64,000 nucleotides of DNA from Lama glama (GCA_028534125.1 CM052845.1:24366001-24430000), one strand, 5' to 3'. Counted from the stretch's first letter, positions 25,801-38,775 are shown. The notes: generated by a model from the sequence alone, not told the origin. Program-made: numbers and translations.

Positions 25801-26682
25801 CATCTGGGGCAGCCGTGACTTCCGCACCCCTGGGGAGCGCGGCCCGCCTCCCGGGACCAGAGATGCTTGCTCTCAGGAAAGCAGGAAGCAGTCCCGCCCC
25901 ACGAGCGCCTGGCGCGTGCCTGTCTGACGCTGCTGGTGGCTCTTCTGTCTGTAACGACCTGAGCCTGGGAGCTGACCCTTCTTTGCACGCTAACCAAAGC
26001 TGGCTGGGTTTTTGCCTTTTCTTCTGCATGGTTTTAATGAACAGTGACTTTTTCAGGTGTGCAACTTACCACATAAATCAAGGGAAAGAGAACCCCGTTC
26101 GGTGTGATGCTTCCCTGAGAACTGTTTACCACTTCCAAACCCCCCCAGGCTGGCGCATCCGCGGTGGGACTGGTCATCAGGGCCCCTCCGGGGGTCTCAG
26201 TGAGGTCAGCCTTCAGCCAGAAACGCGCTTCCCATCACCTCCTTCAGGACATGCTTGTCCCGTGCCCAGGCGCTTTTATGTCAAAATTCATGTTCTTGGA
26301 TACAAGGTACTCCCCTTTCGAGGAAAAGAAGACAGCTTACTTTCTCACTTGAAGCTTGGCCAGTCTACAGTGTTGCGTCCGGCGTGCAGCACAGTGACTC
26401 AGGTTTATGTACGGCCACTGCAAGGGAGTGGATGCAGGTCCCTGTGCTGCGCAGTGGGACCTCGCCATTCACCTCTGCCTGCCTTTAGCTTCTCCGTTCT
26501 ATTGGAGTCCGGGCACATTACATAATTGAGGGGCTTGGAGGGCCGGGCCCTCCCTGCAGAGGGAAGTCCGAGTGCCACTCACCGTCAGCCCTGTGCTCGC
26601 ACGGTGCAGCCCCTGGGATTCCCCAGCCGCGGGCCACCCCGCCCAGCGCAGGCGCATCTGCTGCTGAGGAGTCTGCCCGTGT

Positions 26683-26728
26683 GTGGACCCACGCAGCTCA
26701 AACCCGCGTCGCTCCAGGGTCAGCTGCA
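26683..26728. mobile_element. TcMar-Tigger-like DNA transposon terminal inverted repeat remnant
   Basis: gtggacccacgcagctcaaacccgcgtcgctccagggtcagctg resembles the recalled Tigger end GTGGACCCGCGCAGTTCAAACCCGTGTTGTTCAAGGGTCAACTG. Confidence 0.6.
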
Positions 26729-28689
26729 TACTCAGAACATGCGTGTAGGTTGGTTACACAGGAATTTCATTTTAGAGCAGTCAAGGCGGCACTGTGAGGT
26801 ATTTGTCACAAGCAGGAGCCTCGGCTGGTCAGTTTGGGAGCCACTGTTGTGGCAGGAAAGTTGTCGAGACAGTTGCAAGAAGGGCCGGGGTTCGGAGAGC
26901 ACGCGGTCAGGTGGTCAGCAAGCCCCGGGGGGCCTGGGAAGGTGTCTCGTAAGAAAGTCTTCCCAGCCGATCCGTTCCCCGGGGAGGGAGGGGCGCTGGG
27001 CGGGGCGGCGGGACACAGCAGGGGTGGGGGGCGCGGCAAGGGCGGTGCTTGCTCCCTGGCCCAGAGGTGCGCCGGCTTCTGACGAACCGAAGTCCAACTA
27101 GCGGTGAACCTCGTGGCTCCCAGCCGGGGCCACTCCTGTCCCGGGGACAGCGGGCAACAGTGGGGGTGCCGCTTACTGGCCGCTAGAGGCTCAAGACAGT
27201 CCCCACGGGAGACAGGCCCGGCCACGTGTCCTCCTGTCTCTGATTTCCTACCACAGACACTCCTCACCGTCCTTCGTCACACACAGGCTGCGCCATCTGT
27301 AACCAGTGATCGTGGGTAATGTCCACCCACAAGGCATCAGAGGTCTAGGCGACGCCGATGATTTTCAGGGCGCCTTTCTCAGCCGCTGCTGAATCTGACC
27401 ACAAAGTCTGATGTACATGAGATTAATGAGGCAGAAGGACTCACCAGACTCACAGCTGGCAAATACTCAAAACCCCACCATCACTCAGTGAAGAATTTGT
27501 TTCAGTGACATTCTGGACCGCCCGTCACAGGCACAAGGCCAAGCTGGGAACCAAAGACAGAGCACTGGAGTGGGTCACCGCTCGCCGTGTGCCGTCTCTG
27601 TCCGGGGCGGGCCGTGTGGGGTTTGTTTCGACGTGCCCTGGGTGGGAAGGGGGGTGGGCGTGGGTGAGACAAGACGAGCCGGGAATGGACGGCTCCAGAA
27701 GCTGGGTGGCGGGTCTGGCTCCCAGGGACCCAGCACCACAGCTGGAGGCCCATTCTGAAATGCTGAGGGGACACCGCGCGAGAGGCTTCCCAGGTACAAA
27801 CGGAGAAAGACAAGAGAGGCCTGCTTCTCCAAGAACGAGTGGACGGGGCCCTGGGCGCCCCCATCGTGTCCCTTTAGACGCATCCAGGCAAAGCCGCCAT
27901 GTTTATGTCTTACCAGAGCTCGCTCACTACAAGCAGGACTCGTCCCTTCCATTGCTATAAAAATAATATTTTATCCGACTACCAATTTGTCTCCTTGAAT
28001 AAATCTGCCTGCAAAAGCAATTTGGTTAACATTTCCGTTTAAAACAGAACCACTGGGTTTTGGACAAGGTACCAGATGGCAGTCGGAGCTGCTAAAATGA
28101 TCTGCAGCCACCTGACGCCTGAAAAGACTCCCAGTTGTCTGTAGTCCCATTAATTGCCCGCCTGGTGACTCAGCCGGCACTCAGCACTGTTACCCGTTGC
28201 TCTGGGAAGATCTCTAACCCGGCACGCAGCCCTCAGCTGCTGCTGTCGGGAGAGGCGAAGTGGCTGAACTGGAATCCGACTACACATGTTCTAAAGGGAA
28301 ACTTCAGACCTTCAGTCTTTGCTGACAGCACTGCTGCACTGACAGAAGTCAGGGCAGGAGCTCCTTAAAAGAGGTGGGTGCCTCTCGGGGCACCCCCAGC
28401 ACACTCAGCCACAGCGTGATGAGGCGCTGAGATGGGAAGGAAATTATATAACACGGAGTTCCATGGTGCGCCTCCTCCAGCCACCCACCCACCGTGTTTA
28501 GTCTGTTTTTGCCTCTGGTGAATGTGTTTCATCTGCACCCCAGAGGAACAGATGCATTCTCCACAACCACGCGCCTCGGTGTCCTGCAGGTTTAAAGATG
28601 CTTCCGTCAGGGAAGGCCAGCGAACCCGCTCCGGCCAAACCCGCCACTCTCCAACGAGAAAACAGGACGCGGGCTGAGGCATTGCACAG

Positions 28690-29920
28690 TTGCTGCCAAG
28701 CCCTCGGCCTTCGAGGCGCAAAGGCGGCTGCGGGCTAGAGGAGGGGGCTCCCCCAGGCCCCCGCCCGCCCGCCCGCCGCTGCCGGGAGACCTTACCTGCA
28801 GGTAGTGGCAGGGCCGCAGCGGCGGCTTGGTCTCCGGGTGCACCAGCGGCTTGTCCAGGTGCAGCGAGCTCTTGCGGTAGGCCTCCTTGGCCTGGCTCAC
28901 CGTCAGGGTGGACCAGGAGCTCCGCTTCATGTACCTGGTGTCCGGCGTCATGGCCACGCCCTCGCAGGCCGAGCACTTGACGTCGCTGTTGCTCTTGGAG
29001 GTGCGCAGCGACAGGTCCCCAAAGGGGCCCGGGAGCGCGTCGGGGTAGCAGTGGGCGAGGGGGCCCACGTGCGGCCTGCTGATGGCACTGGACGCCCGGT
29101 AGGTGCTGTCGCTGTCCAGGTTGTCATCCGAGCCCCACCAGCTGCTCAGCCCCGACCTGAGCCTGGGCTCCGGCCTGCGCTCCTTGCTCTTGCTCCGCTT
29201 GCCGTGCTTGGCGTGGTGGCCGTGGTGGTGGTCGTCCGGCCGGCCGTCCCCCTTGGTCCCGTTCACGCTGCTCTTGGCCGAGCCCTCCAGGGAGTGGGAC
29301 TTGGTGAAGAGCTTCTGCACGGAGTGGACGAGGTGCCGGATGCGCCCTGGGCTCTCGCTGCGCTGCTCGGTGCCCGCGGACGTCCGCTGGTACTGCAGCG
29401 TGTGGAACCCGTCCCGGTGCAGTGGGAGCTGCTTCTCGAACTGGTCCAGGAGGTTGGCCGGGATCCGGTTGATCTTGGCGCTGGCGTGGGACGTGGCGCA
29501 GTCGTCCCGGGGGTCGTAGTGGGAGCTGTAGTGCATCCGGGGAAAGGTGCTGCTGGACACGTGGTCGCCCAGCGCCACAGGCATCACCACGCAGTCCGAG
29601 TGGACGGAGGCCCGGGGGGAGCAGCGGTGGTGGTCCACGGGGCAGCTCTCCGCCGGGCGGAGCAGGTAGGGCTGCCGCCCCTCCTGCCCGTGGTGGAGGT
29701 GGCCGTGGCCGAGCTCGCAGTCCTCGGGGGGCGCCAAGCCCCACGTGTGGCCAGAGCACAGTTGCGGCGGGTTCCGACTTCCGGGTAGCCCTTTCATAGT
29801 CCTGGGCGCAGGCGAGCGCCTCTCCTCATCAAAGTGCAGAGTCGGGGACCATGAGCACTGCTGGTCTGCGGAGAAAGCACAGAAACGCCACGTGAGACTT
29901 GTGCGAACGCGGGCGGGAGG
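28690..29920. promoter_or_regulatory. Intragenic CpG island over the large DLGAP2 exon
   Basis: Visibly very high GC and CpG density; not computed. Confidence 0.65.
28796..29865 (-). CDS. DLGAP2: DLGAP2 large 1070-nt coding exon (DQQCSWSPT...MKGLPGSR...LRPCHYLQ), containing the internal ATG at 29797-29795
   Basis: Lies within ORF 28607..30007(-). Hallmark DLGAP motifs KINRIPANLLDQFEKQLP, SESPGRIRHLVHSVQKLFTKSHSLEG and WWGSDDNLDSD. Acceptor ttctccgcag|AC, donor CTGCAG|gtaagg; phase 1 in, phase 0 out. Confidence 0.97.
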
Positions 29921-30964
29921 CCTCCCGTGTGGAGAGGTGAGCCACCTGACACCCCACCCCTCCACACGTGGGCCGTTTTCATCTGTGGCCACTCCTGGTC
30001 TGAGCATTCATTTGTGAACAATCGTTTTTTAAAGAGCACCACATTGATTGCTCCGAAGTATGAGAATGTTAAAGACTCTGATGCTCCCACGTGTGGGTCT
30101 AGCAAACACAAGTATTTAATGTCCAGCAGATTCATCAGGTACCCTGACAGCAAGATTTTGAAGTATTAAACGACGAACAATCTGCGGGAAAAAACGAGTT
30201 ACGTTTCAACTAGAATTGAGTATTGTGGTTCAGTTTAAGAAGCTAAAAATCACCACCTGCTGTTTAATCAGTAACACTGCCTGGCAGGCTGCTGCGTGTC
30301 AAGCTGAGCTGTTAGCCACGAACTGCCAATGCCACATTCTCCCCAAGCAGGTCAGGAGCGGAGGTGGCCACTGCTTCTCAAGGCCACTGTCTGTGTCAAC
30401 ACGAGGACTAAACCAGGCTGTCCTGACATCCTATTTCAGAGTTTTGATTTCCATCTGTAAGGTTCTACTCAGAAGAAACAGGATAAAAAAGTTTGATTTT
30501 GTAAGCTGCAGCATCACACACAGACCCTCAGATTGCAGGTGCCAGCCCGGGGAGGGTGCTGGCTTCGCTGCTGCTGGATGCGGACCCCTGCTGTGCTTCC
30601 TGGTAGGAAGGTGGTCGAGTCCAGTGGCTGAACGGTGGCCTCCGGACGTTGACTAGTTAGGGTTAGGGTCCCAGTGCTGCCACCACTAGCGTGTGGCCTG
30701 GGGGCTCCCGTCCCCTTGACTGTGTGCAGGCAGAGCTGCGAGCAGGTTCCAGGAGGAGGGCACGCTCCGTGTCACTCATTGAGCTGCTTGACTGTGACTG
30801 TGGTCGCTGCCACCCTAACTTCTCCCGGGCCAGCGCTGGTGAAGTTCAGGCCTTACTGGACTCCAGGACCAGCTGGAGACGCTCCTTCCGTCACTCTTCT
30901 TTCTGTTGTCCCAGGGCTTCTGCTTGTGCGTCTGTTTCTGCTGCTTCCAACTGGTCACTGATCA

Positions 30965-32105
30965 GACGCAGAAAATACAGGCTGCATCCTGGCACAGGAC
31001 ACGCACCTGTGGTACGTACACACGGCGCACGTGTCCATACGTAACGCGCATGCACAGTGCATGGTGTCCACATAATACACACAGGAAATGAGACTGTTAC
31101 AGATGACCGCATACACGTGTAGCACAACACGCATGTATGGCATGTAGTGTCACATGTACAGGAAACAGATCCTATTGGAGCATGCAACATGCGTGTATAA
31201 CGTCTACGTACACTGCACGCGTAATGCACAACACACATAACATACATGTATTATGACGCATGCAGGAAATACAGGCTCACAGTGTACAATATGCATGTAC
31301 GTGGTTTATAAAGCACGTACGCCCATATGTAACGTGCATGTGCATGCAGTGTGACTTGCATGTAATACACACAGGAAATAGCGTCTATTATGGTGTGCAG
31401 TGTGCACACATGGCCTGTGTCTACAACGCACACATTCACACATAACATGCACATATAGTTTATACATAAAACATACGTGTCCACATGTAGTACGCATGGA
31501 TAGTATATGACATGCATGTACTATACGTAGAAAACAGCCTACTACGGTGCATAGTGTGCGCATGTGGCCTGTGAACACAACGCACGTGTTCACACATAAC
31601 GTGCACTTACGGCACATAACATGCATGTACGGTTATCAGTAAACAGAGTCTATCAGTGTGTGATATGCACGTACAGCAGGTATATAAAATACACATCACA
31701 CAGGTGATATGGATAGACAACATACAATACGCATATGTTGTGATACATGCGGGAAATGCACTCTTATAATATACACCTGTGGCTTATATATAACACACAC
31801 TCCACAGACAGCACACCTACAAAGCGCATAACGTGAATGTAATATGCGCAGGAATAGGCTCTATTACACAACATGCACACGTGCGTGTAACGCACATATT
31901 CACACATAATACGCACACGTGGTACATAATGTGCACTATAGTTTACACACAAAGTGCACACGTGTCCACACAACACGCACGGGTGGTATACAGCACATAC
32001 ACACTACGCACAGGAAACGAGACTGCTACAGTGCACAGCGTGCACACACAACGCACATTCATATGTAACCTGCGTGTACTGTAACACACGCAGGGAACAC
32101 AGACT
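30965..32105. repeat. Degenerate minisatellite / alternating purine-pyrimidine (CA/TG/TA) tract
   Basis: About 11 recurring CAGGAAA-like anchors separated by ACACGTGCATAT-type filler. Confidence 0.85.
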
Positions 32106-33029
32106 CAGGAAGCGGACTCCAACAGGAGAGCGAGTGGGAAGGCAGCCTGTGGGCTGCGGGCTGCGCCGCTCGTGGGTTCTGGGCGGGGTCTGGTGGCCCG
32201 GCCTGCGTCGTCGCCCTGGGGTGCTCGGGTCCCTGGGACAGTGGGGGCCTGCTGGCTGCCGGCAGGGCCGCCCCCGCTCTCCACCCCACATCTCCTCCTG
32301 CACAAGGACAAGGCGGGCTCCTCCTGCTGTTGGCTGACTGTCGGGCAAGCGTGCTCTGAACTGCAGGGCCTGCCTCTGGTCCCCGTGACACAGGCTGGCT
32401 GGCGTGGTCCTCTCTTGGTGTCACCGGGCCACAGAGGACCTGCCAGCTCTCTTCTTCTGTCTCCTCACTCTCTCTCCTCCCTGCCCGGTCCTGGTCCTCA
32501 GCTCACCTGTCACTCCCGGCCCACCTCCTGCACCCCGAGGCCCCACCCTGAACCAGACCCTGAGTCCTGGTCACCAGGATCACAGCAGTTGCCTCCTGAC
32601 TGCTTTGTCCACATTCTCCCTCATCCGTGGAAACATCTCTGTATGCCACGCTCCCCAGGCCCTACAACCACCATCCCCTGCTCCACCACGTCATCCATCT
32701 CCTCCTCCTGTGGCCCAAGCCACCCCTGGGCAGGCTCGTGTGGCTCCCGGCCGGCTTCAGCCCAGGGCCAGGCAAGGAGTAGGTGCTCCGGCCGCGTGGT
32801 GCCCGATGAGCTGCTGGGGCCCCGTCCCGTTCACCTCTCAACCGTCCATGAAGGGTCCCGTGTTTGGATCACATCGAACTACTGCTACTCCTAAAAGTTA
32901 CCCGCAGGTTCTGCTCACGTTCTGCTCCCCAAGCTGGAACGCGTTTCCAGGATTTGTCCTCCGAGACTTGGCTCCAGCGCAACCCGAGCCTGGTTCAGAC
33001 GCCGCCGAGAAGGCCCTGCGCACGGCGCT

Positions 33030-33150
33030 GAGCTGCAGCTCAGTTGCAGGTAACAAGATCAAGGCACAAAAATCAGTTGTGTTTCTGCTCACGAGCAATG
33101 AAACATCTGTAAATACGAAAACCGCCGAATCGTGCACCTTAACGTCGAGC
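33030..33150 (+). mobile_element. L1 ORF2 reverse-transcriptase fragment
   Basis: Translation SSVAGNKIKAQKSVVFLLTSN in ORF 32404..33240 resembles the L1 ORF2 motif SKVAGYKINIQKSVAFLYTNN. Confidence 0.75.
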
Positions 33151-35139
33151 CGTGTGGTACTTGAGTTATGTTCCTGTAAAGCTCTTGCGAGAAGGACAAA
33201 CACGTGTGGTGGAAGAAGACAGAGACAACCAGGAAACTGAACACATACAAAGCTCACTTTCAAAACTCCTCCTCGTGTTCAGAGCTCAGTGAAAAGTCGT
33301 GCAGTAAAGTTTGCCTGCCTCTCCACGTCCTCCTTCTCGACAGCAGGACGTGTGTGACCGAAGCTGATGCCACAGCCCAGAGCCAACGTGGGCGCCACCG
33401 GGAGCCTAGTCCTTCCTTCTTGCTGAAGCTGCTCGGGTCGTGGTTTTGCATCTGCGTTTGTATTCCATCACTGTGATTTACACGTTCTTGTCATTCATGC
33501 TTCAGACGCTTACCAAACGCGCTGAGGTATGAGTTAGCGACTAAATTCTCTTTAAGCGATTTGATAACATGAGCTCCAGTTACACAGGGACCGGCGACGG
33601 CCGTTTCACCAGCGGCCAGATTCCTGCTGGGGGAAGCGCCAGCGGGCACAGCCGCCCTGGGCGCAGGGTCTGGACTCCGGCCTGCCTGGGGCCAGGGCTC
33701 CATCACCCACGTTGTCCAGGAGCGGGCTCCGCGACGGCTCGCCAGCACCCCGACTGTCCTTGCTCATTCGCAGTTTTGCCTTCATTTCCCCAAAGTGCAA
33801 AGGTCTTCAAACCCAGGCACCAGAACCACTCGGGAAGCATTTCAACGGCAACTTCAGGGCGATACCCCAGACGAGGTGGGACTCGGTCCCTGGGGCCGCA
33901 GCTCACCCACCTGTAAACATCGAGTCTGCGTTTGCACCTCCAACTAGCATCCTTCTCTCTTTGAGTCATGTGGGTTCCCCTGAACGGCCGCCCCGTGTCC
34001 GTCAGGTTGGTCACCGAGTAAAGATGCAAGCAGGTCACTAACAAGGAGGGCTTGCGCCCTGGGGCTCCGCTGGGGGCGGGCCGGCCTGCAGACACCGCGG
34101 GGCTCCCAGCCAACGCTGAGCGCCTCTGCCGACTTCCGAGGCTGGGGCTGCGCGAGGGGCGGAGTCACACCTTCACACGCCGGGAGCCCTGCCGAGGGGT
34201 CCTGCACAGAGCCCTGGCCGATCTCCAAGCCCTGAAGCGCTGGGGGCCCAGCTGAAACGCGTCTGCTGCTGCTGTGATTTTCAGCCTCTCCTCTCTGCTT
34301 TCTCTTAAATTTTTTTCTTGCTGTTATAAAATCACAGCCCTCAATGGACAAAATCCTCAAAGTCTGTGTGGTTTCCACCCATTTTCACAGCCGTGTCTTC
34401 CCCGGGGTGCTGACGTGCCCGCAGTTCCCAATTGAGAGGGTGGCGGGGGCAGCCGGGGCCCGGGACCCTCCCCGGAGCCTGGACGCACTGCCCGTGGGGC
34501 GACGCCGTCAGCTGCTCCCTGGCCTCGGCCGGCCAGGAGGAGGTCCGTCTGGGTCGGGGTCAGGTGTCTTTCTCTCCCTCACGGGGTCACAGACGCCAGG
34601 CGGGGCGGGCACTGGGATGGCCCGGGCAGGGCGCCCCCGACGTGAGCCTCCGTCTTCCTCCTCCTCTCCTGCCTTCCCGCCTTTACTGCGTGGTTCGGCC
34701 GTCCGTCCGCACAGCACTCCCAGGACCTGCAGGACGCAGGCGGCGACAGCTGGCGGGTGAGACCGTCCAGAACCACGAGCCAGGGAGGGGCTGGCCGGCG
34801 TGGGGGGCCTCTCCCCTCCTGCCAGGGCCTGGGGGCTCAGGCAGAGCTCGCAGGCTGGTGGGGGCCTCGTCGGGGCTCGGGGAGGGGCGGCCGGCAGGGG
34901 ATGCGAGGAGAGGTGGGCAGCTGCGTGACTGCAGCTCAGGCAGCTGCGAGGACGTGGCCTCACTCCTGGAGGGAGGCGGCCAGAAGAGCCTCGAGGCTGC
35001 AGGGCTCTGTGGCTCCGAGGGTGACCGGGGACTGGGGTGGTGGCCAGGGCTGGGGACTCAGAGAACAGCAAGTGGCTTCAGCAGGCGACCCTCAAGCCTC
35101 CTCTGCGCCCCAGCCGAGGGGTCAGCGACAGGCAGGGCT

Positions 35140-35430
35140 GGGCCCCGTGTTGCCCCGTTCACGGTCGCAGCCCTGACCCCAGCGTGACTGAGTTTGGACA
35201 TGGGGCCTGTGAGGAGGAGCTGAAGGTTCAGTGAGGTCCTGGGTGGGGCCCTGACCCCCCAGGACTGGTGCCCCACAGGAAGAGGAAGGGACACCAGGCT
35301 CTCTCTCTCCCGGTGAGGACACAGCCAGTGGGGCCCCAGCACCTGACCTTGCACTCCCAGCCTCCAGAGCGGGAGACGGTGAGCTCTCTGGTTCTAGCCC
35401 CGGCCTGTGGCGTTAGTTGTGGTGGGAGCG
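35140..35430 (+). mobile_element. MLT1 (ERVL-MaLR) solo LTR, degenerate
   Basis: gtgactgagtttggacatggggcctgtgaggag...tgaggtcctgggtggggccctga...gaggacacag...gaccttgcactcccagcctccagagc follows the MLT1 layout. Confidence 0.75.
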
Positions 35431-38400
35431 GCGCCCACGAGTGCAGGAAATGCCTTCTACTCGGGCGCGGTTTGACCCTCAAAGCAGTCCCACAGGGCTT
35501 TGCACTAGGAGGGTCAAACCCAGTTCCGGGACGAGGGGCCCCAGCACCTGCCGCATCTCAGTAGAGGAGGAGGTGGAGCCCGCACCCCGGGGGGTCACCT
35601 CCACGGTCCGCGGCACCCGCCCCGCGAGGCCGCCTGGAAGGGCACTGCTCCTCTTCTTACAAGTGTTCCCCGAGCCGGTGCGCTGAGCGCTAGGGGATCA
35701 GCCGAGGGTTCTACAAGAACTTCACAGACGTCTTGTTTTCTCTGGGTTCAATTCTGGTCGGGTTTCCGAGGAAGGTCGTGTCTGCGGAGGGAGGACGTTC
35801 GGGGGGAAAGAGGGCACAGCCTTTAGGAGGCACAGCCGAACCTGGGGAGGGGCAGACGGGGGCCTGGAGAGTACGGCGGACATAAAGCAGTTTGAACGTA
35901 CTACGGAGATTTTTGTGAGTTAAGAAGTATATTTTGGGTGGATTTTGATGGAGATGAAAACAGAGAATCCAGCAGAACAGCAGGGAAACTGTGAAGAGAA
36001 GGAAGACGGGGAGGGGAGAGGGGACCATCTTGTCAGCTTCCGGCCCGCGTCCATCTCCTGGAGGCTGGCGCATCCCATGCGTACGCAGACTGCCGGAGGC
36101 GGTGGCGGCAGGTGTCCCTGTGAGGCCACCACACCTTTATTCCTCTCTCTTTCCTGCAGCAATTAGGCTGGAGATGCAGGGACCCGTCTTAGCAATGCCT
36201 CCTCATAGCTGGGCCACGTGGTCCCTGCCGCTCTGCCCCCGGGAGGTCAGAACCGCACGGCTGCAGGTTCACACCCCAGGCGGGCATCAGGGCCGCTGGG
36301 AAGCCAGATTAGAAGCCTGGACGGCGATGCTCCTCTAGTCACACACACACAGTTGGTCTACTTGGCCTTCAGATTAATAACCGAGAGATTCCAGAGTTTG
36401 CTGGTTCTGCTTCACGGACCTGGCGGCGAGCACAGACAGCTGCAGTGAGCACCAGTCTGCAGAATTTTCAGCAAGGAACTGCCTGACTCGCCCGAGCGCT
36501 ATGTTGTTTAATTATTAATAGCCTCAGGGCCAAGTTGTTGCTTGGTTTGTGGAGAAACTGTCAAATAAAACCCATCTTCTGGCATGTCCCCTGGACTAGC
36601 CAGCATCCAAACCTTCCCTACAGCCAGACGGCCCCCTTTCCCGCGTGTGACACTGGCTGGTGTCCAGAATCCTCTGAGCAGGTGGGGAGGCGGGCACTGA
36701 GGGTCCTGAGGGGCCTCAGAGGTGGAGGAGGGCAAGGAGAGGGCCCCGAGGAAGGAAGGACGGGGGCAGTGAACGGATACATGGTGACTGTGCAGACAGA
36801 AACGTGACACAGCACTGTGCTCACTAATTCTAGAAACTTCTAGAAGTTTCTCTGAAGGAAATGAGCGTGGACACCCATCAAGTTGCAGAGCTACACCTCC
36901 CCACGTGCGCCTGGGGTGTTTATAAAAGGACACAAAAACAAACGCCCAGAAGGGGAGTTCTTTCAAAGTCAGTGACGTGTCGCCATTACCGTGAGACACT
37001 CATGCAGCTGAGCGGTGTGCGGACCTTTACCCAAAGCCGCGGAGTGCCCTTCACAGAAAGATGTCTCACAACACACGTGCCCGTCCCAAGGAGCTCTAAG
37101 CGTCAGGGGGTTATCATCCTACATTCAGGTGTTTGTAAAGCTGCACAGTGTGTCCGTTTTCTCAGTGTTGTGTCTCCAATGCTTTCTGCCTAATATTCTT
37201 TGATGGATCATTTAATCTGCCTTTTTTTCATGTCAGTTTGCAGCTGACTTGCCATTGCAGTTTGGTTCAATGCAGAAGTCCTCATAAAGGCTTATAAATC
37301 GCAAAGTCCTTATGGCTGACTTAACCGTGATGTCGGTGGGGGAGCAGAGAAGCCGCCGTCAGAAGCCACGTCTCTCAGAGCGAGCCAACACCACAGAAGT
37401 CCCCAGCAGGGCAATCCCACTTCAATGTGTCTGCAGGTCGTCCCTCAAAACGCGTCTTCTGGAGAAGGTAGGTTTCCTCTTCCGCTGTGCTCGTCTTCAA
37501 TGTGCTGCGTGAACCCACTTTTGTCAGAACTTAGATTAATTTTATAGAAACCTTCACCTTCCCCTGTTCCACAGCCACTTTCCTCATCAGAAAATCGCTC
37601 TCCGTACCTGACACCGGGGGGCGTCAGAGGTGCGTGAGCCCTAGCCGGGAGCGGTCGTGGGCTGTGACGTGCTTATTTCGAAAAGACCATGTTACTACTT
37701 GGTCCATCACTAAGGAAGATTCAGGGTTTTCAGTAAATGTCACTTACCTTTCCTTGGAGTTTTTAGAGGCTGAGGCCAGTTGAAAAAAAAAAAAAGATTG
37801 GTATTTTGAATGGGACCAGGGGGCAAATGTTCCTTGTTTTATGCTGTAAAATGTCCCTACGTTTTCTGGAAATGATAATGCTCATTTCACTGCAACAGCG
37901 TGCAGTGGCTTTAATTTCAATGCGGCACAGCAGAGCCAGAGAGCCATAAACCGGAGACCTGAAAGAGCCTCAGAAAATCCGTCCAGTTCAGCCCCCTCGA
38001 TTTAGATGAGGAAATGGGAAAACCTAGCTTGTAAAATAAAATGTCTCAGATTATGGCGTTTGCTCCAAATTGGTTATTGTAATAATGTTGGGAACACAAA
38101 TCAGAACTTGTCCCCTCCCTCCCACTGCCCCTCCCTCCTTCCTTCGTTTTCTCAAAACTGTCTACGAATTACCCTCTCACACACTTTACATCAGCATCCT
38201 TGACCTGCTACACGTCAGACCCCGTGGGGAACCTGTACAGGTAGTCAGGCCAAGTCTTGCTTCACACAAACAGAATGTCCGGGCTGGGGACCGGGGGTCA
38301 GGACTTTAAATGCCCCCGGGTGACAGTGGCCAGCGAGAACCAGGGTTGAGCCCCAGTGTTTCAAAGTCTGATCAGGTCACAGGACCCGGGGCGCCCTCCC

Positions 38401-38674
38401 CTGGCAGGGCCACCTCTGCGCACAGTCCCGCCAGGCGGCCCCCTGGCTCCCCGCTGGGTCCTGCAGCCCCGACGGCCCACATGTGTCCCCCTCCCCCACC
38501 GCCCACACGAGGGGGACAACCAGCCAATGTTTCGAGAGCCCCTTCGCAGCCAGCGGCCACCACGTCTTCCTGTCAGTTTCCTTCCAAGTCCCTTAAAACC
38601 TGACTGTTTCATTCTTGTCACCAACCATCACCCCCGCGGACAGACTGTAAAAACGGCCATTAAGTACCTTCCGT

Positions 38675-38775
38675 CCCCAAACAGTATGGTGACCTCTCAA
38701 AAAAATTAAAAATAGAATTATCACGGGACCCGGCAATTCCTCTAGGTTTACACCCCGAGAACTAAAAGCAGGGCC
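38675..38775 (+). mobile_element. L1 ORF2 C-terminal fragment
   Basis: aacagtatggtgacctctcaaaaaaattaaaaatagaattatcacgggacccggcaattcctctagg. Confidence 0.75.

Noticed and set aside
28805-29788. 327-aa plus-strand ORF antisense to the large exon, and the 211-aa alternate-frame ORF
   Set aside because: Shadow ORFs caused by GC-rich codon usage of the real DLGAP2 exon; no recognisable protein.
30965-32105. CRISPR-like look of anchor plus variable spacer
   Set aside because: Mammalian intron, degenerate anchors, low-complexity related spacers of irregular length, no cas genes.
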